Source of the DNA: a virus
Reading direction: 5' to 3' (one strand)
Virus record (IMG/VR): IMGVR_UViG_3300045999_009829
Length of the DNA stretch: 64,000 nucleotides
The translations under genes and the position numbers were made by a program. Within the stretch, counting starts at the first letter, position 1; each line of letters starts with the position of its first letter. A model generated the notes under the pieces. The model saw nothing but the letters and a program-made list of their open reading frames with translations, was not told the DNA's origin and searched no databases. Positions 46,364 to 54,553 of this stretch are shown here, one piece after another.

Positions 46364-47524
46364 TCATGTCACCTTCAATAGGATCATGTTTTCGTTGCTT
46401 CGGGCTTGCAGTGCGGTCGGCTTGAGCTTGTCTAGGATCTTGCCCAGGGCTCGCTTGCCAGCCTTAGAGATCTCTTCGATCAGCTTTTCGGGCTTCCTGC
46501 CGAGTCGGTACGACTTGCTTGCAGTTTCGTCGTAGTTCTTGAAGGATGACCCAGACACGTCGAAGGAGTTGCCTTCTGACCGCTTGAGGATCGTGAGTAC
46601 CATGTACTTAGTGTTCAGCATCATGAGCTCGTCCGACTCGAAGATCTTCTCTGGGTTGATGGAGACCAGACGGAGGTCCTTGCTCTCCTTCTGGAACTTG
46701 AAGTTCTTGAGTCGCTTTTCGGGCGGCGCCACCTTGCGGGCTCGAGGCACCCTCTGCTTCTTGGTGTTGCCGAGGTAGCGGTCAAACTCCTCCATCAGCT
46801 TCATATAGAACAGGTGAGCTTGCTTAACTTCAGTCTTGGTCCAGCTGGCATAGCCCTCAAGCAACTGGGGGTCTGCTCCCTTGGTGCTTATGACTCGAGC
46901 ATGATGAAGCTTTGCAAATTCCTCTGCAATGGGCTTGAAGAATCGGATCATGTGAGGCACCAGGGCTGCAGATGCCTGCTTTTTGGTCAGCCAGTCGTAC
47001 ACGGAGAAGGTCGGCGAGTAGCCATGGTCGTCGATCATCTTCTCGATCTCGTACATCAGATCAGATGCCTTGTCGGAGACTCGTGTCTGAATGCTGACCG
47101 TGTGCTCAGTCTTGGCAGCCTTTACAGGCTCGAATGGGATCTTGGTGAATGCCTCGGCAAGGCGCTTCTCGAAAGCGTCCAGGGTGCGCTGCTTGAGCTT
47201 GACGCCACGAGACGCCATACGAGCAATCCATCCGATGTGGACAGGGAACCACACATCAGGGACCTGCTTTAGAAACTTGACATCGCCAGTCCTGCCGGAA
47301 GACTTTAGGTACCTTTCCGCATACTCACGGGCGTCGTCGCGAGAGCACACGGTGTTGTACCACAGCAGAGCCTTGGTGTACTCAGAGTCAGGCAGTTCAG
47401 AGTGGTGTGAGAGGGTGGGTTCGTCTCCCATCTGCTTCAAGTTAAGCAGGAACTCAGTCGTCTTAGACGTCTTGATCTTTCGGTCCTTGACCTTGGACTG
47501 AATGTGGGATGGGAGACGAGCCAT
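46364..47524 (-). CDS. Conserved hypothetical protein of T4-like phages
   Basis: ALLWYN, LLEGY, LVSINPEKI, NTKY, NENMILLKV. Confidence 0.75.
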   Translation of the reverse strand: MARLPSHIQSKVKDRKIKTSKTTEFLLNLKQMGDEPTLSHHSELPDSEYTKALLWYNTVCSRDDAREYAERYLKSSGRTGDVKFLKQVPDVWFPVHIGWIARMASRGVKLKQRTLDAFEKRLAEAFTKIPFEPVKAAKTEHTVSIQTRVSDKASDLMYEIEKMIDDHGYSPTFSVYDWLTKKQASAALVPHMIRFFKPIAEEFAKLHHARVISTKGADPQLLEGYASWTKTEVKQAHLFYMKLMEEFDRYLGNTKKQRVPRARKVAPPEKRLKNFKFQKESKDLRLVSINPEKIFESDELMMLNTKYMVLTILKRSEGNSFDVSGSSFKNYDETASKSYRLGRKPEKLIEEISKAGKRALGKILDKLKPTALQARSNENMILLKVT

Positions 47525-47527
47525 CAG

Positions 47528-47788
47528 TTATACCTTTCCGCCTGGGTGGATCGTGAACGTGGTGGTCATGGAGTCCTCGGCAAGAAACCCTAGACCACTT
47601 GAATTATCAACCGAGTCATCATCCTTGTCAACAAGGTTAAGCATCTTGCCGTCAAGTACAAAGCCGAGAGCCGCCAGCATGATCTCTAGCTTGTCGAAGA
47701 TCTCACCGAGAGACTCCTCCTTGAGGTCAAAACTGAGCTGGAAATTCTCGTCGTTTCGGTAGAACGATAGTTGAACCAGTGTGGACAT
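47528..47788 (-). CDS. Hypothetical acidic protein
   Basis: AAGGAG RBS before MSTLVQ. Confidence 0.6.
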   Translation of the reverse strand: MSTLVQLSFYRNDENFQLSFDLKEESLGEIFDKLEIMLAALGFVLDGKMLNLVDKDDDSVDNSSGLGFLAEDSMTTTFTIHPGGKV

Positions 47789-47798
47789 ATTTGTCTCC

Positions 47799-48755
47799 TT
47801 AGGCCGCTTCGGCCATCTCGATTGCAGTCTCAAGCGCCCGAGTCTTGAGCACCTTATTGGAGCCGTACCAGGCGGACTGCAGTCGGGTGTCCGCCGTCTT
47901 GCCGGCAAGGTGGTCGGTGAGGTAGGTCACCGTGTTAAACAGCTGCCAGAAGCTGCCGCGAGCAAACTCGGCGCCGGGCTGAGTGTCGACCACACCGAGA
48001 GCCGTCTTGGCGGACTTGCTGATCTCCTTCTTGGAGTTCTCCGGTCCGGAGACCGGGAAGACCGACTTGAAGTAGTCCACCATGGAGTCGGCGGTGTAGC
48101 GCTTGGCGCCGAGGAACTTGGCCATCTCCTTGTACTTGGAGAGCTTCTCTTGGGCAACACCCAGCATCAACTTCACGTTGTCGCCGTCAAACTCGCGGCG
48201 GTGGCTGATCTTGACCATCCGCTCCACCTTGGTGTTCAGCGAGAGAGTCAGGGTGTTGTTGCAGACCACACGGATCGGGGTGAACCGCACGTCGGTCGAG
48301 CAGCCGTACTTGTGGAAGTTGGTGAAGTGGAGATAGGAATCCACACGGTCACCGCCGAACAGCTCGAAGCTGTCCTTGACCTTGGCGAGCGCCCACACGA
48401 TCTGACCGCCACGGAGCGAGCCAGCGGTGTGCATCTCCATGTCACCCTCTGCAATGAAGTCGTTGAAGAACTCGAACGCTTCCTGGTTCTGCACCGGGTT
48501 CCAGTCGTCGGAGACCACGTCCAGGACCTTGTTGTCCTCAGAGCGGACCAGGGCCGACCAGCCCACCGCGGTCTGCTTGCCAGCGATGTTGGCGAAGGCC
48601 GGGACCTTGGAGACTTCCCAGTCCAGACCAGCTTCGGCCAGGACCTGGTCGGGCGTCAGATCCGGAGAGATCTGCTTGCCCAGGCCGTGCCAGGGGGTTT
48701 CACCGACGAAGACCATCTTGGCCTTGCCGTTCACAACTTCAAGTTCGTGAGCCAT
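47799..48755 (-). CDS. DUF932 family protein
   Basis: MAHE...PWHGLG, LDWEV, QNxEAF, TAGSL, TPIRVVCNNTL. Confidence 0.88.
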   Translation of the reverse strand: MAHELEVVNGKAKMVFVGETPWHGLGKQISPDLTPDQVLAEAGLDWEVSKVPAFANIAGKQTAVGWSALVRSEDNKVLDVVSDDWNPVQNQEAFEFFNDFIAEGDMEMHTAGSLRGGQIVWALAKVKDSFELFGGDRVDSYLHFTNFHKYGCSTDVRFTPIRVVCNNTLTLSLNTKVERMVKISHRREFDGDNVKLMLGVAQEKLSKYKEMAKFLGAKRYTADSMVDYFKSVFPVSGPENSKKEISKSAKTALGVVDTQPGAEFARGSFWQLFNTVTYLTDHLAGKTADTRLQSAWYGSNKVLKTRALETAIEMAEAA

Positions 48756-48787
48756 GGTATGTGTCCTCTGTTTCCGTTGACTTGTTG

Positions 48788-48818
48788 AATTTACACCGGT
48801 TTAAAAAGAAAGTCAACC
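48788..48818 (-). promoter_or_regulatory. Early sigma70-type promoter
   Basis: GGTTGACT-17 nt-TAAATT. Confidence 0.65.
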
Positions 48819-48822
48819 GCTT

Positions 48823-48984
48823 TTATCGGCGGCTGAACGGCGAGTTGTCCTTGAACTCGACCGTATAGGAGTAGGCCATGGTCTCCTCGATGAACTCGAG
48901 AAGCCGCATGGCATCGGTGTAGTCTTCCCGCTGGTGCCGCTCGATGATCTTGCGGCCCTTCTTGATCAGGACTTCGTAGCGCAT
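48823..48984 (-). CDS. Small early protein (53 aa)
   Basis: Manual translation MRYEVLIKKGRKIIERHQREDYTDAMRLLEF...; GAGGAG RBS. Confidence 0.6.
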   Translation of the reverse strand: MRYEVLIKKGRKIIERHQREDYTDAMRLLEFIEETMAYSYTVEFKDNSPFSRR

Positions 48985-48996
48985 CTCTGCTTCTCC

Positions 48997-49173
48997 TCAG
49001 ATGGAAATGAGACGCTTGACCATCGCCATCTCGGCGTCAGTCAGGGGCTTCTCAAACAGGGCGCCCTGGTGACCGACACGATCCGCCAGTCGGTAGAGCT
49101 CGTTGGCCTCGGCATCAAGCTTACAGCTCTTGGCAAGGTCGGTGATCTTGGTGGTCAGAGTATGGATATTCAT
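48997..49173 (-). CDS. Small early protein (58 aa)
   Basis: Manual translation MNIHTLTTKITDLAKSCKLDAEANELYRLADRV...; AAGGA RBS. Confidence 0.6.
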   Translation of the reverse strand: MNIHTLTTKITDLAKSCKLDAEANELYRLADRVGHQGALFEKPLTDAEMAMVKRLISI

Positions 49174-49200
49174 GTAAGGTTTCCTTTTTTGTCACTAACC

Positions 49201-49230
49201 ATTATACACAGGCTGAGAATAAAGTCAACC
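49201..49230 (-). promoter_or_regulatory. Early sigma70-type promoter
   Basis: GGTTGACT-16 nt-TATAAT. Confidence 0.7.
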
Positions 49231-49232
49231 CC

Positions 49233-49436
49233 TCACTTGTAGATCTTGGAGACGTAGAGCTGCCCGGTGAACATCTCGCGAGCCTCCATCTCCTCCAGGG
49301 TGATGCCGCGGCAAGCGATCTGGTTAAGGAAGTCACCCTTGTTGACCTTCACGAAGATGTGGGTGTTCAGGGTCTCCACCTCGACGAGGACATCGCCGCG
49401 GAACTTCTGGATCAGGCTGTAGAGGTCGGTCTTCAT
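49233..49436 (-). CDS. Small early protein
   Basis: MKTDLYSLIQKF..., GC3-rich codons. Confidence 0.6.
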   Translation of the reverse strand: MKTDLYSLIQKFRGDVLVEVETLNTHIFVKVNKGDFLNQIACRGITLEEMEAREMFTGQLYVSKIYK

Positions 49437-49460
49437 GTTGCATCCCTTGTTCATAGTCTC

Positions 49461-49491
49461 TTTATACCCCTAGCCGCTTTAAAAGTCAACC
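49461..49491 (-). promoter_or_regulatory. Early sigma70-type promoter
   Basis: GGTTGACT-17 nt-TATAAA. Confidence 0.7.
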
Positions 49492-49777
49492 GGTACAAAA
49501 TCAATGACTTAGCCGTAAACCGTTGATCTATAACGGAAACTTTTTTAGAAAAAGATTTTGCGGCTACTATCGCGCTAAGCCATCCTAGTGGGTTTCCCAT
49601 CAGTCTAGCCGACTTAGATCGTTGGTAGCTGATTTTCCTGGCTAAACCATTGATTTTGTTGGTTTCCGCTCTAACCCATAGTCTAGCTAAACCATTGAAA
49701 TCATTGACTTTTTGTCCCAGGGGCGGGTGGACTGGCGGGCGCCCGATAGCCCTGTTACAAAACTGTGCCCGGGCCCG

Positions 49778-49808
49778 GGTTGACTTTAATCCCGAATAGG
49801 GGTATAAA
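49778..49808 (+). promoter_or_regulatory. Early sigma70-type promoter
   Basis: GGTTGACT-17 nt-TATAAA, then GGAG RBS. Confidence 0.7.
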
Positions 49809-49834
49809 GGGACTATCAACACGGAGACAGACAG

Positions 49835-50011
49835 ATGACCACCCGGCAGTTGCGTATCAACAAGATCAAGGCCCTGCTTCAGACCATGTACCGCAACGGC
49901 CACAGCGGGCTTGAGGCTGAACTTGCCCAACTCCTCACCAAGAGCTGCAAGCAGTACGAGGCTGAATTCCAGCGGAAAAAGAATGCACGCCTCGCCGAAT
50001 TGAGGGGTTGA
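49835..50011 (+). CDS. Small early protein (58 aa)
   Basis: Manual translation MTTRQLRINKIKALLQTMYRNGHSGLEAELAQ... Confidence 0.6.
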   Translation: MTTRQLRINKIKALLQTMYRNGHSGLEAELAQLLTKSCKQYEAEFQRKKNARLAELRG

Positions 50012-50036
50012 CTTTAATCTCGGTTTGGTATAGAGT
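50006..50036 (+). promoter_or_regulatory. Early sigma70-type promoter
   Basis: GGTTGACT-17 nt-TAGAGT; same ACGGAGACAGACA leader as the 49835 gene. Confidence 0.65.
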
Positions 50037-50065
50037 TCAATAGTCAAACAACGGAGACAGACATC

Positions 50066-50926
50066 ATGCCTCGCGGCGTTTACCAGCGGAAGCCCAAGAC
50101 CGAAAAGCTGCAGATCAACAAGATGCTGCAGGTCCAGATCGCCGAACCGGTGACTCAGGAGACCGACGAAGAGATCGAGAAGCGGCTCGAAGAGCGCTTT
50201 GAGGTCCTCCAGGAGCTGACCGACGCGGCTATCGCCAGCGACGTCAACGCCATGATCGTCTCGGGTCCTGCCGGCCTCGGCAAGTCCTTCACGGTCGAGC
50301 GGGCTCTGGAGAGCTGGGACCCCAACGGCACCAGCCACCGCATCGTCAAGGGCTACATTCGCGCCACGTCGCTCTACAAGCTGCTCTACCAGCACCGAGC
50401 TCGCGGTCAGGTCCTCGTGTTCGACGACGCTGACGACGTGTTCCTCGACGAGACGGCGCTCAACCTGCTCAAGGCTGCTCTCGACTCGAACGACCGTCGG
50501 ATCATCTCCTACATGACCGAGGGCTCGCTGATTGACGACGAGACGGCCGAGCGGCTGCCCAAGTCGTTCCAGTTCGAGGGCACGGTGATCTTCGTCACCA
50601 ACTACGACTTCGACGGCATGATCGCTCGCGGCTCCAAGCTCGCGCCGCACCTGCAGGCGCTGGTGTCTCGGGCCCACTACGTCGACCTGGCGATGAAGAC
50701 CAAGCGAGACTACATGGTCCGCATCAAGCAGGTCATCCGTCAGGGCCTGCTGACCAACGTCGGCCTGTCCTCGACCGCTCAGGCCGAGGTCCTGGACTTC
50801 CTCGAGTCCAACCAGGACCGACTCCGTGAGCTCAGTCTCCGGATGGCGCTCAAGGTCGGCACCATCCGCCGCCGCTCTGAGTCCAACTGGCGCAAGGTGG
50901 CTCGTGTCACCTGCTGCCGTAACTGA
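50066..50926 (+). CDS. P-loop (AAA-like) ATPase
   Basis: Walker A GPAGLGKS, Walker B VLVFDD, VIFVTN. Confidence 0.85.
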   Translation: MPRGVYQRKPKTEKLQINKMLQVQIAEPVTQETDEEIEKRLEERFEVLQELTDAAIASDVNAMIVSGPAGLGKSFTVERALESWDPNGTSHRIVKGYIRATSLYKLLYQHRARGQVLVFDDADDVFLDETALNLLKAALDSNDRRIISYMTEGSLIDDETAERLPKSFQFEGTVIFVTNYDFDGMIARGSKLAPHLQALVSRAHYVDLAMKTKRDYMVRIKQVIRQGLLTNVGLSSTAQAEVLDFLESNQDRLRELSLRMALKVGTIRRRSESNWRKVARVTCCRN

Positions 50927-50938
50927 GGAGACAAAGAC

Positions 50939-51274
50939 ATGCTCAACGAAGAGAACCTTCTTGCCGCCGGATACAAGAAGTTCAACGACACCTTTAAGCG
51001 GGCGGCTGCCTCTTATCAAAAGCGTGTCCTGGTAGAAAAAGCAGATAATGAATGGCGCACCGAGTACTTCATTAATGTCTATCACTACAAGTTCGACCTG
51101 CCCGGACACTATCACGAGTCGTGGGAACTGAACATGGCGTTTGATCGCCACAGCAGGTTGGCGTCGTATGCATGGGTAAATTACAGTCTTGAGGCTGATA
51201 CTCCGGTCAACATGCTAGACCTGATTGCTGCTGATCTGTTTGTCGGTAACAACGGCAAGTCCTATGACGATTAG
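50939..51274 (+). CDS. Hypothetical protein
   Basis: GAGGAG RBS, 111 aa. Confidence 0.65.
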   Translation: MLNEENLLAAGYKKFNDTFKRAAASYQKRVLVEKADNEWRTEYFINVYHYKFDLPGHYHESWELNMAFDRHSRLASYAWVNYSLEADTPVNMLDLIAADLFVGNNGKSYDD

Positions 51275-51277
51275 CGG

Positions 51278-51306
51278 TTGACAGATCGGCAATCCCTTAT
51301 TATAAG
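51278..51306 (+). promoter_or_regulatory. Sigma70-type promoter
   Basis: TTGACA-17 nt-TATAAG. Confidence 0.6.
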
Positions 51307-51312
51307 AGACCC

Positions 51313-51807
51313 ATGATCCACTTCAAATCCAAGAGGCGCTCTATTGGAGTTCGGGAGCCTAAGGTGTTCTCGAACCTCAACGAGTACTTGGCGGCGCTGC
51401 CCAAGGTGGAGCTAGAGTCTCGGGACTACCGCTACCTCAGCATGGCAGAGCAGTGGAGCCGACTCTCAACCCGTGGTCACCACAAGGTCGGCTGCGTCAT
51501 CGTGCAGAAGGGCGAGGTCGTCGGGACTGGCTTCAACGAGATCAAGACCCATCCCTTCCAGGCAAGGTGGAATCAGTTCAGCTCTTGCCTGCACGCCGAG
51601 ATGTCTGCCCTGCTAAGCGCAATGCGAGTGCCTGACTTTCAGCCCGAGCGCTCTGTTGCCTACGTGTCTAGATACACCAAGAGGCGAGGAGTGCTTGGGT
51701 GCAGTTACCCGTGTCGGAGTTGCTGGTCGGCTCTTCGGCACGTGGGGATCAGGCGAGTCGTGTGCTACGACGAGTTGGACCGACCGACAAAGTTCATAGC
51801 GGAGTGA
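51313..51807 (+). CDS. Zinc-dependent cytidine/deoxycytidylate deaminase-like protein
   Basis: KVGCVIV, GFN, LHAE, YPCRSC. Confidence 0.8.
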   Translation: MIHFKSKRRSIGVREPKVFSNLNEYLAALPKVELESRDYRYLSMAEQWSRLSTRGHHKVGCVIVQKGEVVGTGFNEIKTHPFQARWNQFSSCLHAEMSALLSAMRVPDFQPERSVAYVSRYTKRRGVLGCSYPCRSCWSALRHVGIRRVVCYDELDRPTKFIAE

Positions 51808-51811
51808 TGAG

Positions 51812-52039
51812 ATGAGCAATATTGTTGAACGCCTCCGTGATCCATTTCCAAGTAACAGGGACATGGAACGTAAGGAAGCCGCTGATGAAATCGAACGCCT
51901 GCTAGAGATATTGACCAGTCTCATTGACGCTGTTGACTGGGCTAATTCTGCTCTCGCTCGGGGTGATGATGAGCAGTGGATCCATCATAATCTAATGAAG
52001 GCCGCGGGTAAGGCTAGAGAGGCATTAAAAAATGGATAA
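51812..52039 (+). CDS. Hypothetical phage protein
   Basis: IVERLR...EAADEIERL motif common in phages. Confidence 0.65.
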   Translation: MSNIVERLRDPFPSNRDMERKEAADEIERLLEILTSLIDAVDWANSALARGDDEQWIHHNLMKAAGKAREALKNG

Positions 52040-52220
52040 CACACCGTGGTCTGATGAGACCGTAGCTCGTCTCAATGAATACCAAAAGACGGGCACCTTT
52101 CATCCCTACACGTGTCCCGGTGACTACAAGGTCTGTGCAAACCAGCGAGAGCTGATTGCCACTACCAACGGCTGGGTTTGCGCATGCGGCAAGTACACTC
52201 AGAAGTGGGCGAACATCTGA
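52032..52220 (+). CDS. Small putative zinc-binding protein
   Basis: HPYTC...C...WVCACGKYTQ. Confidence 0.6.
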   Translation: MDNTPWSDETVARLNEYQKTGTFHPYTCPGDYKVCANQRELIATTNGWVCACGKYTQKWANI

Positions 52221-52233
52221 AAAGGAGCCGATC

Positions 52234-52734
52234 GTGCCTGAGTTCATTGTGTGTGGAAAGTCGGAGGTAAAGAAGACGGCAAAGAAGTTTGCTGCTACTC
52301 ATCTTCTTAGCACTCTTGATCCTGGCGATTGGGTCTTCCGGCCGCCTCGGATTGATGGGCAGAACCACCTGCAGCTTTGGTTTGATGATGAGGAAGACTT
52401 GACCAAGGCTAATGCACCCACGATTCAACACGCCAAGACTATCCTCGAGTGGGGTTCAAAGCTTCCGGAGGATGCCCGGGTAGTCGTGCACTGCTTTGCA
52501 GGTGCTTGTCGTAGTACTGCTATTGCTATGGCTCTTTGGCTCCAGCACAACGGAACAAAGGATCTTCAAGGCGCTGCTAAGTGGATCAAGGAAATTCGGC
52601 CGCAAGCGTGTCCCAACCTGCTGCTAGCTCAGCACTTTGATACACTGCTTGGACACGACGGTCAATTTGTTAGCCTATGTAGTGATGTAGGAATTGATAC
52701 GATTAATCGGCAGTGGAAGATCAACAACCCATGA
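52234..52734 (+). CDS. Cys-based protein tyrosine/dual-specificity phosphatase
   Basis: VVHCFAGACRSTA (CX5R), FDD, RPQACPN; GTG start after AAGGAG. Confidence 0.85.
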   Translation: MPEFIVCGKSEVKKTAKKFAATHLLSTLDPGDWVFRPPRIDGQNHLQLWFDDEEDLTKANAPTIQHAKTILEWGSKLPEDARVVVHCFAGACRSTAIAMALWLQHNGTKDLQGAAKWIKEIRPQACPNLLLAQHFDTLLGHDGQFVSLCSDVGIDTINRQWKINNP

Positions 52735-52949
52735 GATACTGGTCATACAACGAGCAGACCGAGTCACTAGATGATGCAGTCGTGGTCACCGTGTCTGAGG
52801 ATGAGATCCTTGACATGTACTGGGCCTGGTGGTATAGTAAGATGTGTGAGAAATTTGGACCTGAGGTAGTCTATCGTGACTACACCAAGCAAGACTGCAT
52901 CGACGATTGGGTTGTAAGTCGTTGGGCTTGGGAGGTCGAGAATAAATGA
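52731..52949 (+). CDS. Hypothetical Trp-rich protein
   Basis: ATGA overlap; YWAWW, CIDDWV. Confidence 0.6.
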   Translation: MRYWSYNEQTESLDDAVVVTVSEDEILDMYWAWWYSKMCEKFGPEVVYRDYTKQDCIDDWVVSRWAWEVENK

Positions 52950-53149
52950 ATACCATGAAACTGACACCACAAAAGCTGACACAGTTTCTTGTGACTTACT
53001 ACACTGGTGGTTATCCATATCTCAAACTGGGTCAGGCATTCACCAACCAGTACACTACGATCGACTCCCTGCAAAACCTAACCGAAATACATACCATACA
53101 TGATGACGTTGAAGCTCTCAAGGTCATAGTTGCAAAGTACGTCAAATGA
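52946..53149 (+). CDS. Hypothetical protein
   Basis: ATGA overlaps; LKLGQAF. Confidence 0.55.
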   Translation: MNTMKLTPQKLTQFLVTYYTGGYPYLKLGQAFTNQYTTIDSLQNLTEIHTIHDDVEALKVIVAKYVK

Positions 53150-53886
53150 CAAAATACAGATCAATATTCATCTCCGACGTCCATCTCGGTACAATCTCCT
53201 GCAAGCACAAGCAGCTTCTCGAGTTCTTAAAGACTCTGGAGACTGAGCCGCCGGATAACCTATACCTCGTCGGAGACATCATTGATCTGTGGAAGCTAGG
53301 TAAGGGCTACTCGTGGAAGCCTGAACACAACACAGTGGTGCAAAAGCTACTTCGTCTAGCCAGAAAGGGTGTCAGGATTCACTACATCATCGGCAACCAT
53401 GACGAGTACTTTCGTTCGCTGCCAAAGGGCTTTCGATTCGGTGATATCGAGCTGCACTGGTCGATGGACTACATCACAGCCAACGGTAGAAGGTTTCTGA
53501 TCATACACGGCGACCAGTACGACACGTTTCTGATACAGAATACGTTCATCGCCAAGCTTGGTTCGTTCGCGTATGACTGGCTTGTGGCATTGAACTCCTG
53601 CTTGTCCTTTATCAGGAGAAAGTTTGGGTTTGGCTACTGGTCTCTCTCACAGTACGTGAAGCTAAGAGCCAAGACCGCAACTAACGTTGTTGACATCTTC
53701 GAGAACACCATGTGTGACGCTATAAGGAAAGACGGATACGACGGTGTCATCTGCGGTCACATACACATGCCCAAGATAATGGAACGCGCAGACGGTTTCA
53801 AGTACATCAACTGCGGCGACTGGACAGAGTCATGCACTGCCGTTGCTGAAACGTATGATGGTAAGTTCGTACTACTGTATATATGA
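53146..53886 (+). CDS. Calcineurin-like metallophosphoesterase (LpxH-like)
   Basis: ISDVHLG, GDIID, GNHD, HGD, GHIH, NCGDW. Confidence 0.85.
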   Translation: MTKYRSIFISDVHLGTISCKHKQLLEFLKTLETEPPDNLYLVGDIIDLWKLGKGYSWKPEHNTVVQKLLRLARKGVRIHYIIGNHDEYFRSLPKGFRFGDIELHWSMDYITANGRRFLIIHGDQYDTFLIQNTFIAKLGSFAYDWLVALNSCLSFIRRKFGFGYWSLSQYVKLRAKTATNVVDIFENTMCDAIRKDGYDGVICGHIHMPKIMERADGFKYINCGDWTESCTAVAETYDGKFVLLYI

Positions 53887-53895
53887 GGGAATCCT

Positions 53896-54072
53896 ATGAC
53901 ACCTGAAGAGATCCAACGGGCTCTTGACTACGACCTGTTTGTAGCCAGAGACAAGCGGACAGTCTTTCTACTGTCGGTCATCGTGTCGTTCTGTGATGAC
54001 AGCCAATGGTGGACACTGCCTCAGCACGTCAGAGATGCCGTCAACGAACTGAAGGAACTTAGCAATGCCTGA
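53896..54072 (+). CDS. Small hypothetical protein (58 aa)
   Basis: Manual translation MTPEEIQRALDYDLF...; GAGGGG RBS. Confidence 0.5.
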   Translation: MTPEEIQRALDYDLFVARDKRTVFLLSVIVSFCDDSQWWTLPQHVRDAVNELKELSNA

Positions 54073-54553
54073 ATTGATCATGCTTGTCGGACTGCCTGGC
54101 ACCGGCAAGTCGACCTGGGTTCAGTCCCAGGGCTACTTTGAAAAGCCGGACTGGATGGTCCTATCGACCGACAACTTCATCGAATCTTGCATCATCGGCA
54201 CGAACGACACATACAGCGCTGTGTTTCCGTCCCTGATCAGACTGGCAGAAAGGAACCTGGTGGAGGGACTTAACTACGCCTGCAGGGCTCGGATGAACAT
54301 CGTGTGGGACCAGACCAACCTCTCTGCAGCCGGCCGAGCAAAGAAGCTCAAGCAGCTGCCCATCTGCTACAAGAAGACGGCCCGAGTGTTCCCCGTGCCG
54401 TCCAACCACTCTGAGTGGCTCAACTCGGAAGAGCGCTACGGTAAGGTCATCCCGCAGAACGTGCTTGACAGCATGCATGCCATCTTCGAGCAGCCCACCA
54501 TCTACGAGGGGTTTGATGAGATCATCACCCCGTACGTGTTCAGGGATCCCTGA
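54065..54553 (+). CDS. P-loop kinase (polynucleotide kinase-like, AAA_33)
   Basis: MLVGLPGTGKSTW, STD, VWDQTNL, EGFDEI. Confidence 0.8.
   Translation: MPELIMLVGLPGTGKSTWVQSQGYFEKPDWMVLSTDNFIESCIIGTNDTYSAVFPSLIRLAERNLVEGLNYACRARMNIVWDQTNLSAAGRAKKLKQLPICYKKTARVFPVPSNHSEWLNSEERYGKVIPQNVLDSMHAIFEQPTIYEGFDEIITPYVFRDP

Noticed and set aside
47781-48788. 335 aa plus-strand ORF (likewise 42771-43646 and 60631-61164)
   Set aside because: Antisense shadows of DUF932, gp32 and RNase H caused by codon bias.
49451-51151. 566 aa minus-strand ORF
   Set aside because: Antisense shadow of the GC3-rich ATPase gene; it crosses promoters and non-coding DNA and has no motifs.
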